From the sequence record SRR31156797_10402: a DNA stretch of 51,441 nt. One strand, written 5' to 3'. Position numbers and translations under genes: made by a program. Positions within the stretch are counted from its first letter, which is position 1. Each line of letters begins with the position of its first letter. Below are positions 39,364 through 48,663 of the stretch, piece by piece. The notes below the pieces were generated by a model that was not told where the DNA came from, made no database searches, and saw nothing but the letters and a program-made list of their open reading frames with translations.

Positions 39364-40680
39364 ATGGGGAACCGGAAAAAAACCACGGAAACGGGCGCAA
39401 TGAAGGTGCAAAAGGAAGACAAGGTGATCGGGAAAGAAAAGAAACCTTCGATCATCACCCGCCGCGATTTTATCAAAACGGCTGCCATCACAGGGGCGGT
39501 AACGGCTGTGGCTCCCCATATCTGGATCAAACCGGCCTGGGCCTCCGACCCCTTGAAAATCGGTGTGATGATCGATATGAGCAAGGCCTATGCCTTTTTA
39601 AACAAGCAGGATCTGGTGGGCATCAAGCTGGCGGTGGAGGACGCCGGCGGCAAGGCCCTCGGAAAGCCGATCCAGGTCATCGCCCGGGACCATCGCCTGG
39701 ACCCGGGAATTGCCAATGAAAAGGCCAAGGAGCTTTACGAAAAGGAAAAGGTGGATGTCATCATCGACGTGCCCCAGTCGGCCTGTTCCCTGGCCGTTAA
39801 TGAGCAGTCGCGGCGATACAAGAGGCTTTTTATTTCGGTGGATTCGGGCACCACGGTTCAGACCGGAGAAAAATGCAACTATTACGGTTTTGACTGGGGA
39901 TACGACAACTACATGCTGGCCACCGCCGGCGGCCTGTGGGCCGCTGAAAACCTGGGAAAGAAGTGGTACGCCATCACCGCCGATTATGCCTGGGGTCATG
40001 ACCTGTTGAAAAATTTTCGCGCCGCCGTGGAAAAGAAGGGCGGAAAAATCATCGGTAACGATATGGTGGCCCTGGGGACGTCCGATTTTTCACCCTATAT
40101 GATCAAGGCCCTCAATTCCGGGGCCGATGTTCTGGTGCTCTTAAACGCAGGCGCGGATACGGTCAACTCCACCAAAGCCGCCAATGAATTCGGCCTTAAA
40201 AAGAAGATGGCCATCCTCCACGCCCTCATGTTTACGGCCAATATTCATGCCGCCGGTGTGAATGTATACGAAGGGGACTATGCCACCGTATCGTGGTACT
40301 GGAAGTCCCGGAATCCGGGGGTCAAGTCCTATGTGGAACGGTTCAAGAAAGCCATGAAAGCGCCGCCCCACTGGCTCACGGCCGCCAATTATTCCGCCAC
40401 CCTGCAATTCATCAAGGCCGTCCAGCGGGCAGGCTCAAAGGATCCCGACAAGATCATTGAACAGCTGGAAGGGCACGAGTTCCGGGACATGTTTGCCAAT
40501 CCCGGGTATATTTACAAGGAAAACCATCAGGCCATTAATGATGCGCTCATTGTGAAGTGCAAGAGCCGGAAGGAAATTACGGAACCCTGGGATTATTTTG
40601 AAATCGTTGGGAAAGTGCCGGCGAAAGAGGCCTACCAGACGCCTGCGCAGAGCGGCTGTAAAATGAAGAGACCTGCCTAA
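39364..40680 (+). CDS. HAAT ABC substrate-binding protein with Tat signal
   Basis: TRRDFIK twin-arginine motif, ADYAWG, GTSDFSPY; RBS GGAGG. Confidence 0.88.
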   Translation: MGNRKKTTETGAMKVQKEDKVIGKEKKPSIITRRDFIKTAAITGAVTAVAPHIWIKPAWASDPLKIGVMIDMSKAYAFLNKQDLVGIKLAVEDAGGKALGKPIQVIARDHRLDPGIANEKAKELYEKEKVDVIIDVPQSACSLAVNEQSRRYKRLFISVDSGTTVQTGEKCNYYGFDWGYDNYMLATAGGLWAAENLGKKWYAITADYAWGHDLLKNFRAAVEKKGGKIIGNDMVALGTSDFSPYMIKALNSGADVLVLLNAGADTVNSTKAANEFGLKKKMAILHALMFTANIHAAGVNVYEGDYATVSWYWKSRNPGVKSYVERFKKAMKAPPHWLTAANYSATLQFIKAVQRAGSKDPDKIIEQLEGHEFRDMFANPGYIYKENHQAINDALIVKCKSRKEITEPWDYFEIVGKVPAKEAYQTPAQSGCKMKRPA

Positions 40681-40699
40681 AGAGTTTTTGAAACCAAAA

Positions 40700-40727
40700 G
40701 GGGAGAGGCTTTTTCAGGGCTCTCCCC
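40700..40727 (+). other. intra-operon stem-loop after the binding-protein gene
   Basis: GGGGAGAG...CTCTCCCC arms; position typical of mRNA-stabilising hairpins. Confidence 0.5.
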
Positions 40728-40767
40728 GAACCGATATTTTCAGGGCTTCGGGCCGGATGAATCGCTT

Positions 40768-41643
40768 ATGAATACCACAACACTCATGATGATGCTCTTC
40801 AACGGCCTCGTGTTCGGCTCCTATCTGGTGCTCCTGAGCCTGGGGCTGTCCATTATCTTCGGCATGCTGGGGGTGGTGAATTTCGCCCAGGGCGCCCTCT
40901 ACATGCTGGGGGCCTATGCGGGCTATACATGCCTCCTTTTCGGCCTCAATTTCTGGGTGGCCCTTCTGGTGGCGCCCCTGGCGGTGGCGTTTATCGCAAT
41001 GCTGGCTGAAAGATTCCTCATCCGGTTCCTTTATAAAGAGGCGGATATTTACGTGGTGTTACTCACCTTCGGCCTCATGCTGGTGTTTGAAGAAATGATC
41101 CGGCTCATTTTCGGGGATCTGGGGAGACCCATCGGGGTGCCCGGTCTCCTGTCGGGAGCGGTGGACCTGGGATTCATGTATTATCCCAAATACCGGCTCT
41201 TCATCATCGGGGTGACCGTCCTGTGTGCGCTGGGGACCTGGTTGTTCCTGATCCGGACCAAGCTGGGAAGCATCATACGGGCCGGAACCGACGACAGTGA
41301 AATGGTCGACGCTTTGGGCATCCATATTTCCAGAATCTATACGGGTGTGTTTGCTTTTGGCGCGGGATTGGCGGGATTGGCGGGTATTCTGGCGGGACCC
41401 CTTCAGGAAGTGACCCCTTTGATGGGAAACGAAATCCTGATCCAGATTTTTGTGGTGGTGGTCATCGGTGGCTTAGGCTCAATCGCAGGTTCCATTGTGG
41501 CCGGATTGCTCATCGGGGAAATTATTACCCTTGGGGTTCTATTCTGGCCGACCGCGGCCATGACGTCCATATATGTTTTAATGGCCATCGTTTTGCTGGT
41601 CCGCCCGCGGGGGTTTTTCGGCAGGGCGGGGTTTCACGAATAG
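40768..41643 (+). CDS. livH: HAAT ABC permease (LivH-like)
   Basis: GLSIIFGMLGVVNFAQG, VVVIGGLGS, RPRGFFG. Confidence 0.9.
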   Translation: MNTTTLMMMLFNGLVFGSYLVLLSLGLSIIFGMLGVVNFAQGALYMLGAYAGYTCLLFGLNFWVALLVAPLAVAFIAMLAERFLIRFLYKEADIYVVLLTFGLMLVFEEMIRLIFGDLGRPIGVPGLLSGAVDLGFMYYPKYRLFIIGVTVLCALGTWLFLIRTKLGSIIRAGTDDSEMVDALGIHISRIYTGVFAFGAGLAGLAGILAGPLQEVTPLMGNEILIQIFVVVVIGGLGSIAGSIVAGLLIGEIITLGVLFWPTAAMTSIYVLMAIVLLVRPRGFFGRAGFHE

Positions 41644-41655
41644 AGGGTTTTTGGT

Positions 41656-42600
41656 ATGGCGGATTTTCACGAGACAAGCAGGAAAAGACGGGAAAAGATT
41701 TTCTATGGGCTTGCGGTCCTCGTTCTATTTTTCTTGCCTTTTTTTATCCCCTATAAGGCGCTGGGAAGCCAGATTCTGATCTTCATGCTCTTTGCCATGG
41801 GGTATGATATCTGTCTGGGCTATGCGGGGATGTTGTCTTTTGGCCATGCCGCTTTTTTCGGCACGGGCGCCTATGTTACGGGGCTTTTGATTTTGCACCA
41901 TAATGCCAATATCCTCCTTGCGATTTTCGCCGGAATCCTTTTCAGCGTTCTTCTGGCCTTTCCCATGGGGTATACCGCCATCCGGCGTCGGGGTATCTAT
42001 TTTGCCATGGTCACCCTTGCCTATGCGCAGATGGTTTATTTTATTGCTTTTAAATGGACAACCCTGACCGGCGGCGACGACGGATTACAGGGAATTCCCA
42101 GGCCCGATTTCTTCGGGATCAGCCTGGAGTCCGAAACGCGTGTTTACTATTTTATTTTAGGTTTTTTGCTGATTGCCATTCTATTTGCCTTCAGGGTGGT
42201 GCATTCTCCTTTCGGGCACGCCCTGGTCTCCATTCGGGAAAGTGAACAGCGGGCCCGATCCATCGGGTTCAACCCTGTCCGGTTCAAACTGATTGCCTTT
42301 GTCATTTCCGCCGGTCTGTGCGGTCTGGCCGGCAGCCTCTACTGTATCCTGCAAAATTTTGTTCCCTTAAAAACCCTTCACTGGTCCATCTCAGGCGACA
42401 TTGTCATGATGACCATTCTGGGCGGCATGGGTACCCTGGTGGGACCGCTGTTCGGCGGCATGTTCGTGGTTCTCGTAAGAGAAGTACTCAGCACCTATAC
42501 CCATTTGTGGGCCCTCATCATGGGGATCTCTTTTATTGTGATTGTGCTCGTGTTTCGGAAAGGTGTGATCGGCGAGCTTAAAAAAAGGGCTATCATCTAA
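41656..42600 (+). CDS. livM: HAAT ABC permease (LivM-like)
   Basis: GYAGMLSFGHAAFFG, TGGDDG, SPFG...IRE, LGGMGTLVGP. Confidence 0.9.
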   Translation: MADFHETSRKRREKIFYGLAVLVLFFLPFFIPYKALGSQILIFMLFAMGYDICLGYAGMLSFGHAAFFGTGAYVTGLLILHHNANILLAIFAGILFSVLLAFPMGYTAIRRRGIYFAMVTLAYAQMVYFIAFKWTTLTGGDDGLQGIPRPDFFGISLESETRVYYFILGFLLIAILFAFRVVHSPFGHALVSIRESEQRARSIGFNPVRFKLIAFVISAGLCGLAGSLYCILQNFVPLKTLHWSISGDIVMMTILGGMGTLVGPLFGGMFVVLVREVLSTYTHLWALIMGISFIVIVLVFRKGVIGELKKRAII

Positions 42601-42604
42601 ATCC

Positions 42605-43387
42605 ATGTCCATGAAACTCTTCGTTCTGGCCAAAAAAAATCGAAAAATCAAACGGCTGGTTCAGCATATCAATGAAGATGCGGAACTGTTGCAGCTGTGG
42701 AAGTGTGCCAATGTGAATGCCGTGGATCGGGGCGGTATCAGCGATCATGGAGAGATCCATATCCGTATTGTGGCCAATGCCGCCTTGAAAATGCTGCGCT
42801 TGCTCATGGCGGGCGGTGTTGAGCCCAGTGTGGTGAAACATCATGGCCTGGCGCAGGATGATGCGGAGCTCATTGTGGTCCTCGCCGCATGTCTCCATGA
42901 CATCGGTATCGCCGTTCACCGTGCCCATCACGAGCGATACTCCCTTTTTCTGGCGTACCCCAAGGCACGTGAACTGCTGAAAGGGATCTATGAAGAGCCT
43001 GATCTCACCACCATCACGTCGGAAGTGTTGCACGCCATCGTGGCACACAATGCCAAGGAGACCTGTCTCACCATTGAAGCGGGGGTTCTCAAGGTGGCGG
43101 ACGCCCTGGATATGACGGAAGGGAGGTCCCGCATCCCCTTTGAAACGGGGAGGGTGAACATACACTCCATCTCGGCCCAGGCCGTGGATTCGGTGGATAT
43201 TGAAAAGGGAGAGAAAAAACCGGTAAAACTGGTCATTACCCTGGCCAATTCAGCGGGGATCTATCAGGTGGACGAACTTCTGCGCCACAAACTTAAAAAC
43301 TCCAGCATTGCCAACCATGTTGAGATTGTTGCCAAAATCGAAGGGGAAACGGAAAAAAGACTTTTACAAATCTATGATCCCGGTTAG
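42605..43387 (+). CDS. HD-domain metal-dependent phosphohydrolase
   Basis: SDHGEIH, ACLHDIG, AIVAH, KVADALD. Confidence 0.85.
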   Translation: MSMKLFVLAKKNRKIKRLVQHINEDAELLQLWKCANVNAVDRGGISDHGEIHIRIVANAALKMLRLLMAGGVEPSVVKHHGLAQDDAELIVVLAACLHDIGIAVHRAHHERYSLFLAYPKARELLKGIYEEPDLTTITSEVLHAIVAHNAKETCLTIEAGVLKVADALDMTEGRSRIPFETGRVNIHSISAQAVDSVDIEKGEKKPVKLVITLANSAGIYQVDELLRHKLKNSSIANHVEIVAKIEGETEKRLLQIYDPG

Positions 43388-43577
43388 TCAAAGTCCCTTC
43401 TGTCCGTGGGCTCGGAACCATCGTAACATGCTTGAGGAGTGGGGATCAGTTGCTTATCCAGGTTTGCGAAGTTCCTCGGCTTACATATCAAAGGGGAGTT
43501 CATGGAAATTGCCGAGGGCATCAAAGGCAAAGGCTGATTTGCTCAGGCATCACCGGGATTATAAGTGGATTCTCACA

Positions 43578-43631
43578 AAAGAACACGACGGTTTTCGGTA
43601 TTTGGCCGATGCCTCGTGTTCTTTGTTTTTT
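43578..43631 (+). terminator. long hairpin with T-tract
   Basis: AAAGAACACGA...TCGTGTTCTTT arms followed by GTTTTTT. Confidence 0.55.
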
Positions 43632-43918
43632 GGGGTGGACGGCAGGCTGCTAATCTGAAGTTCCTTATCGAGGAGGCCGCATATGACGAAGTTTTCAAAC
43701 CTACAAAACGGCAAGTTTAGAGGGTTCTTGAAGGAATTTGTTAACAAACCGGTAATGCTCCCAATACAACAAGGCCTACGATAAGATTATGGAACTTCAT
43801 AAGCAAGCTGATAGGGAGCGAATCTATGGGAAATTTCGCTCAAATCAGAATCTATAGTCAGAAACCTCGCATGCACCCCTGGATAACAATTACCAATTTC
43901 ATCGCGATTTACGCGGCT

Positions 43919-44725
43919 TCACAAGGTTTCGGATTTACCTTGGCACGAGGAGCGCTTTGTTAGCATCTTGATAAAACGAGCAAATTTCTTTCGAGCTTCA
44001 TTGCCCATAGTTATTTCGTGGGACGTAGTTTCCGAAACCCATGATGGTATGGATATATCATTTGCTTTCATGCTTTTGATGCAATTCTTGGTTATTACTC
44101 CTCGAGAGGTGCTTTCGCCAAAAGTAGCCAAATTATTGATAGTCACAAAAATTTTATGAGACTTTGGTTTTTCTATTTGCTCCTTAAAAGAGTCCATCGT
44201 TTTGGCTGAGGGTATCTTTTTTGGAAATAGCTCAAATAGATAACGTATTACTTTGACCTTCAAATACTGATGTATCCATATTTGCTTATAATTCTTTCTT
44301 TCTAGGTAAACGTCACCTTCAGTATTGATCATTTTTGTGCCAGTTAGATTTTCATCTATCAGCATGCCTCTGCACCGGCAAAATAATAGTCCGCACATAT
44401 CTTCTATATTATCTGTAAATAACCATTGATGTATTTTTGCAATTTTTTTAGTATTAAGTTGAATTGGATACTTATCGTCTATACACCAATAAATCATCTC
44501 TTCATCATCCAAACCATCAAGTAATGTTAGAATTGTACCTCTAATGTCAGAAGGACATTGATGATACTGAACTCTATTAGTATGTATGGTTGGAGACAAT
44601 TCTTGATATGGAACTTGGAATATATATGGATGAGAAGGCCAAAGAGTTTCGTAACTAAGAATCATGTGATCCGTAAATTTTCGATATTTGTCATAAGTTA
44701 ACACAATCGCTTTAATTGGTGTCAT
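43919..44725 (-). CDS. AT-rich hypothetical protein, possibly GT-A glycosyltransferase-like
   Basis: 268-aa ORF; N-terminal AIVLTYD strand and IYWCIDD acidic motif as in GT-A folds; function uncertain. Confidence 0.5.
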   Translation of the reverse strand: MTPIKAIVLTYDKYRKFTDHMILSYETLWPSHPYIFQVPYQELSPTIHTNRVQYHQCPSDIRGTILTLLDGLDDEEMIYWCIDDKYPIQLNTKKIAKIHQWLFTDNIEDMCGLLFCRCRGMLIDENLTGTKMINTEGDVYLERKNYKQIWIHQYLKVKVIRYLFELFPKKIPSAKTMDSFKEQIEKPKSHKIFVTINNLATFGESTSRGVITKNCIKSMKANDISIPSWVSETTSHEITMGNEARKKFARFIKMLTKRSSCQGKSETL

Positions 44726-44737
44726 ATGGGGCCTTTC

Positions 44738-44816
44738 TGTTAACGCTAAAGCTCATGGACGACAATTGAGAGCATCGGAATTGACAGACGAGTACAGTGT
44801 TTGTCTAGCGTTACTG
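44738..44816 (-). repeat. attC-like imperfect inverted repeat
   Basis: TAACGCTA (44741-48)...TAGCGTTA (44806-13); minus strand ends CATGAGC-TTTAGC-GTTAACA just before RBS and ATG of next gene. Confidence 0.35.
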
Positions 44817-44836
44817 AAATATTACAAATATTTAAA

Positions 44837-45631
44837 TTAACCTAACCATTCTCTGCAATCCCAGTTTAATTCTAACTCCAAATCTTTTATCGTATTTTTA
44901 AAAATTGATATAAGGTAAACCCTCTCTTTATCATTCATGCTTAATACATATGGTATTGAATGTACATTCTTCTTTGCAATTCTATTGAATTTTGCTACAC
45001 GCAGAAACGCGCACACACGATTAAGGGTTTCTTCTGGCTTTTGTTTTAAATCTTCACTTTTTATAATTAAGATTCTATTTTTAGGGAAGTAGACCCAAAG
45101 CCTTCTTAGCTGTTTTAAATAGAATCCCCTCTCAATATAAGAATATCTTCTGTCTTGCTTTGGAAGTGTCTCACAGCACCTTTTCTTTTCCTTTTGTATA
45201 GCCTCCCAAAACGACAAATTGTCAGCATGTATTGAGCGATTCATATTCCAATGTGAATAAGCTCTTTCGATGGGGTTTCTTAAGAGAACGATTAGTTTCA
45301 TATTAGGATTGTATTCCCAAATTCTTTTTGGTGCATCTTTCCAATACATGTAAATAGGAGTTGCTTCGCCCAGAATCTTATGAGATTTTTTAGGGCTGAA
45401 CCAAGAAAGATACTTGGAATAGTCAGGTTTGTCGTTAGAAAAGAACCCTTCGTTATCAAAGAAATGGACTTCTTTTTTGTTCGCCATACAAATTTCAGGA
45501 TGCATCCTCAGGTAGGCGTCTAAGGCTGAAGTCCCTCCCTTCTGAGTGCCACAGATAATAAAATCAACTGTTCGTTTGGTTGCGAAAAGCGTTTTAGCTT
45601 TTCGCTTTATCCTCATGATTACCTGTCTCAT
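44837..45631 (-). CDS. PAPS-dependent sulfotransferase (heparan-sulfate sulfotransferase-like domain)
   Basis: 5'-PSB GTQKGGTSAL, KEVHFFD, GEATPIY, 3'-PB LRNPIERAYSHW; AT-rich. Confidence 0.88.
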   Translation of the reverse strand: MRQVIMRIKRKAKTLFATKRTVDFIICGTQKGGTSALDAYLRMHPEICMANKKEVHFFDNEGFFSNDKPDYSKYLSWFSPKKSHKILGEATPIYMYWKDAPKRIWEYNPNMKLIVLLRNPIERAYSHWNMNRSIHADNLSFWEAIQKEKKRCCETLPKQDRRYSYIERGFYLKQLRRLWVYFPKNRILIIKSEDLKQKPEETLNRVCAFLRVAKFNRIAKKNVHSIPYVLSMNDKERVYLISIFKNTIKDLELELNWDCREWLG

Positions 45632-45652
45632 AAAGTATTATCCATGTGAACG

Positions 45653-45679
45653 TGGTCTTACCCACAAAAAGTGGACACG
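45653..45679. mobile_element. isolated IS3-family terminal inverted repeat
   Basis: TGGTCTTACCCACAAAAAGTGGACACG closely resembles the IS3 end as recalled (TGATCTTACCCAGCAATAGTGGACACG); no transposase attached. Confidence 0.6.
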
Positions 45680-45714
45680 TTTAATGTCCCCTTTGGGGAA
45701 TGGGAGAAAATCCC

Positions 45715-45801
45715 GGCTCATGGCGGATTGGTGTGAAGCGCCCCGAATTCTGCCAGAATCCGTAGCTTGAAGTTGTCTAAATTTCTGTAGCCGTATGCCA
45801 T
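45715..45801 (-). mobile_element. ISL3-family 3' remnant (transposase C-terminus and right end)
   Basis: Translates AYGYRNLDNFKLRILAEFGALHTNPP-stop, typical ISL3 C-terminus, ending in GAGCC (GGCTC terminal). Confidence 0.75.
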
Positions 45802-45899
45802 GGGTAGGTCTTGACATGGGGTCCACCTCAATACCACCTCAAAGGTTTTGGGAAGATAGGAGGAGTTCTCGTTTCAGTTGTCGAATTGCGTCGTTCATT

Positions 45900-46907
45900 C
45901 TAACCGGTTACTAACTCAGTGATTTTTTTGGCTGTTGCTACGACTTCGGTCAAACCCTCAGGCCGAAATACCCTAAAAACCGGGATTTTTTGAAGCAGTG
46001 TGCCCACCTTGAAGAACTCTCTGGCGCGCATATCATCATTCAAGACGTAAGGGGCATAGGTGTGCGCAGTAACATGCACCATTGCCTCTTTGGGTTCCAA
46101 ATGTTCAATGCGAACGGTTTTCTCGCTTTCTCTTGGCGCCAACACAAAAACAGCCGCCAAGGGAACCGGTTGGCTCTGAAAATGGAACCGGCGACCATGA
46201 TAATCTTTATTCAAGTCCAGATACCGTTTTTCAAAATCGTTTAGGACTGGAGGAAAGTCTAATGAGTTCGGGATGTTGAGCGAATTAATGGTTGTTTGCC
46301 ACAAACGCAAACGAGGATATCCAGGTTGAACTATGATGTCTGATTCATTCTGATTCAGGGGCGCAATGTCGTCGCTAAGAATTGGATGTCCCTGGTAAGC
46401 CAGTTGCGCTATCAAGGTTGATTTGCCCGCGCCCTTGTCGCCAATCACTGCCACTGTCCGACCGGCAATAACCACTGCTCCGGCGTGTAATGCCAGAATG
46501 TCTTGTTGGCGCAAGGCGCAACCGATGACCGGGCCCAAAAGATAAGCGACAACATTGGTGTCGGCGACTGGTTCACGTTGGTGAATTTCAACGCACCGCC
46601 CATTTTCTTTTACCAAAAAGTCTACCCAGCCCCGAATTCCTCCGAAATGGCGAAGACACAAACCGTGTTCGTCGGCTAAGCGCCAGACTTGCAGATAAGG
46701 CGGCCCTTGCTGTGTCATTGCCGGGCTTTGGTAGAGTAAGTCAGCAATGATTGGTACATCTTTGGTCGGTTCAAAGTCAATGGAAACTTGTCCATTTGGG
46801 ATTTCTCCCCCTTGAAAACGCCATAAACCAGGGATTTCCCGATCGGCGATGATGTGGAACCCGTAAAGCTGATAAGCGTGAGGATATTCAGGGGGCGATG
46901 TGGTCAT
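45900..46907 (-). CDS. HPr kinase-like lasso peptide kinase (PadeK/ThcoK type)
   Basis: LALHAGAV catalytic His, Walker A GDKGAGKST, ILSDD, PGYPRLRLW; alternative start 46943. Confidence 0.85.
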   Translation of the reverse strand: MTTSPPEYPHAYQLYGFHIIADREIPGLWRFQGGEIPNGQVSIDFEPTKDVPIIADLLYQSPAMTQQGPPYLQVWRLADEHGLCLRHFGGIRGWVDFLVKENGRCVEIHQREPVADTNVVAYLLGPVIGCALRQQDILALHAGAVVIAGRTVAVIGDKGAGKSTLIAQLAYQGHPILSDDIAPLNQNESDIIVQPGYPRLRLWQTTINSLNIPNSLDFPPVLNDFEKRYLDLNKDYHGRRFHFQSQPVPLAAVFVLAPRESEKTVRIEHLEPKEAMVHVTAHTYAPYVLNDDMRAREFFKVGTLLQKIPVFRVFRPEGLTEVVATAKKITELVTG

Positions 46908-47943
46908 AGATACGTCCGGTTTGTACCGTTTGATGCAGATCAATCACAGCCTGGCTGGCTTTTTTCAGTTGTTGGTCAATTTCCGGCACCCCAATCACCG
47001 GGCGTGTTGGCAGCGGATTACTCTCTGCCAGCGCCGCCAATAGTCTGAAAAAGTATTGGCGGGTGGGGTTGCGCTGTTTTTGGCGTTGCCGGACAATGGC
47101 TTTGTATTCATCGGTTGAGTATTTTCGATAGGGCCGGTAAGCGCGATAATCACGGATAGTGCGGCATAGCGAAGCAGGCAGCCAGGATTTGATCATTTGC
47201 TTGAGTTTGTGCTTGAACGCAGGCGTTGACGTTGGTTGGCTGAAAGCCAGAAAACTGAAGCCGCCCAAATGGATGAGCGATGGAATATGCCGGTAGATTA
47301 CTGTTTCACCGCGGGCTTGCAGTAGCAAATTGAGCGCTTTCCCGGTGTCGTAAATGGTCTTTTCCATATTCAGGCTATGAAATTGCTGCCGGATTTCCGG
47401 CGTCAATTGCGACCAGTGTCTCTCTTCAAAGCCGGTTTTTAATTGGTTCATCACCCCCTGTAAGGCCGAGGTCCGGTAGATAGAGAAAGGGCTGCTTCCC
47501 AGGCATAATCCGTTTTCGGCGGTGGTGTGCAAACCGCTCATGATCTGAAAACCTTGAGGCAGTATTTCATCGTGGGCAGTAACCCACAGCGGTGGAGCGG
47601 CAAAGGTGGCGGCGTTATTTGCCAGATTGGATTGCGCTGTTTCCATGAATGGACCGGTCGCCAGAATGTCGGAGTCCATAAAAGCAAAATAATCGGTTTG
47701 GTGCATTTGCTGCAAAAGGTTCAGAACTCGACTATGGCGCAAACTGGTTCCCCCCGGCAGATTGCAGTAGCTCAAACGGGGATGTTGTTGGCAAAGCTTC
47801 TCTAAGAAATTCTGTTCCGGCGGGAAGCAGCCGTTGCTCACCAATCTGAAAGCGCAATCTGACCAGTGCAGCAAACTCCACACAAAAAAACTGAGATACT
47901 TTACGGTGCCGGGGGTGTAAACAATGTTAAAGGTAACCGTCAT
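46888..47943 (-). CDS. putative GT-A fold glycosyltransferase
   Basis: N-terminal beta strand, LVSNG, HSRVLN...YFAFMDSDI (DxD), late HLGG; translationally linked to neighbours. Confidence 0.6.
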   Translation of the reverse strand: MTVTFNIVYTPGTVKYLSFFVWSLLHWSDCAFRLVSNGCFPPEQNFLEKLCQQHPRLSYCNLPGGTSLRHSRVLNLLQQMHQTDYFAFMDSDILATGPFMETAQSNLANNAATFAAPPLWVTAHDEILPQGFQIMSGLHTTAENGLCLGSSPFSIYRTSALQGVMNQLKTGFEERHWSQLTPEIRQQFHSLNMEKTIYDTGKALNLLLQARGETVIYRHIPSLIHLGGFSFLAFSQPTSTPAFKHKLKQMIKSWLPASLCRTIRDYRAYRPYRKYSTDEYKAIVRQRQKQRNPTRQYFFRLLAALAESNPLPTRPVIGVPEIDQQLKKASQAVIDLHQTVQTGRIYDHIAP

Positions 47944-47949
47944 TTGCTT

Positions 47950-48663
47950 CTAAGGTCTAAATAAGGAGTTTGCGTTCATTAAATATTCGTAAATCGGACG
48001 GCAAGAGTGCGGCACTTGGTCTGGCGTAAAATGGTAATGCGCCAGTTTATGATTGACAAAACGCTGTAGTTTTCTGAGCTTGGGAGATAGACCAAGCCGA
48101 TGCGCAATTTGCGCTATGTCCTGCAAATAGCTGCTCTTATCCTGCATATCATATTCAATGAGCGGGAAAGGGCGCCGTTGGTGGCGCGCCATCAAGATCG
48201 CGTTGCAGTGGATCCACAACTCCAGAGCGTGGCTTTCCCTGAGGCTGTTGCGGTGCATTAAAGAGCGCGCTACCGCCAAGGGGTGTCTGAAGGTACCCAC
48301 CAGCACGCAAGGGGTTGGAGCCAAGTTTTCCCAGTGATCCAGCAGCAGCAGAGTTCGAGGGTCTTTAAATCCGCCCGACGATTTACTGGTGAGCGATTGA
48401 GCGATTTCCAGTAACTGCTGGCGATGAAAAGGATGCAACTGAACCGGTTCTTGCGGCGGCTGATGCCAACTTGCCCGGTTTAGTCCCAGAATTTGATCGT
48501 GAATTTTGACGACATCAGGTCTTTCAAAATAGCCTTTGGCATTAAACCGCCCGGTGCGCCGCACATCGCCCAGATACAACCCGCAACGCTCCAATGCGCC
48601 AGCCAAACAACTGGTGCCGCTACGATGCATCCCCAGAATTACTACCAATTGAGGCGTGGCCAT
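47950..48663 (-). CDS. sulfotransferase family protein
   Basis: GMHRSGTS PAPS loop, NAKGYFE, FKDPR, RHPLAVARSL; ATG abuts the cyclase stop. Confidence 0.85.
   Translation of the reverse strand: MATPQLVVILGMHRSGTSCLAGALERCGLYLGDVRRTGRFNAKGYFERPDVVKIHDQILGLNRASWHQPPQEPVQLHPFHRQQLLEIAQSLTSKSSGGFKDPRTLLLLDHWENLAPTPCVLVGTFRHPLAVARSLMHRNSLRESHALELWIHCNAILMARHQRRPFPLIEYDMQDKSSYLQDIAQIAHRLGLSPKLRKLQRFVNHKLAHYHFTPDQVPHSCRPIYEYLMNANSLFRP

Noticed and set aside
4626-40727. Shared GGGGAGAG/CTCTCCCC hairpin arms as a REP family
   Set aside because: Only two copies, different loops; explained as independent terminator or stabiliser hairpins
43740-43964. One long attC formed by GTTAACAAA...TTTGTTAGC
   Set aside because: About 225 bp, longer than typical attC sites, and the interior does not pair; may be chance
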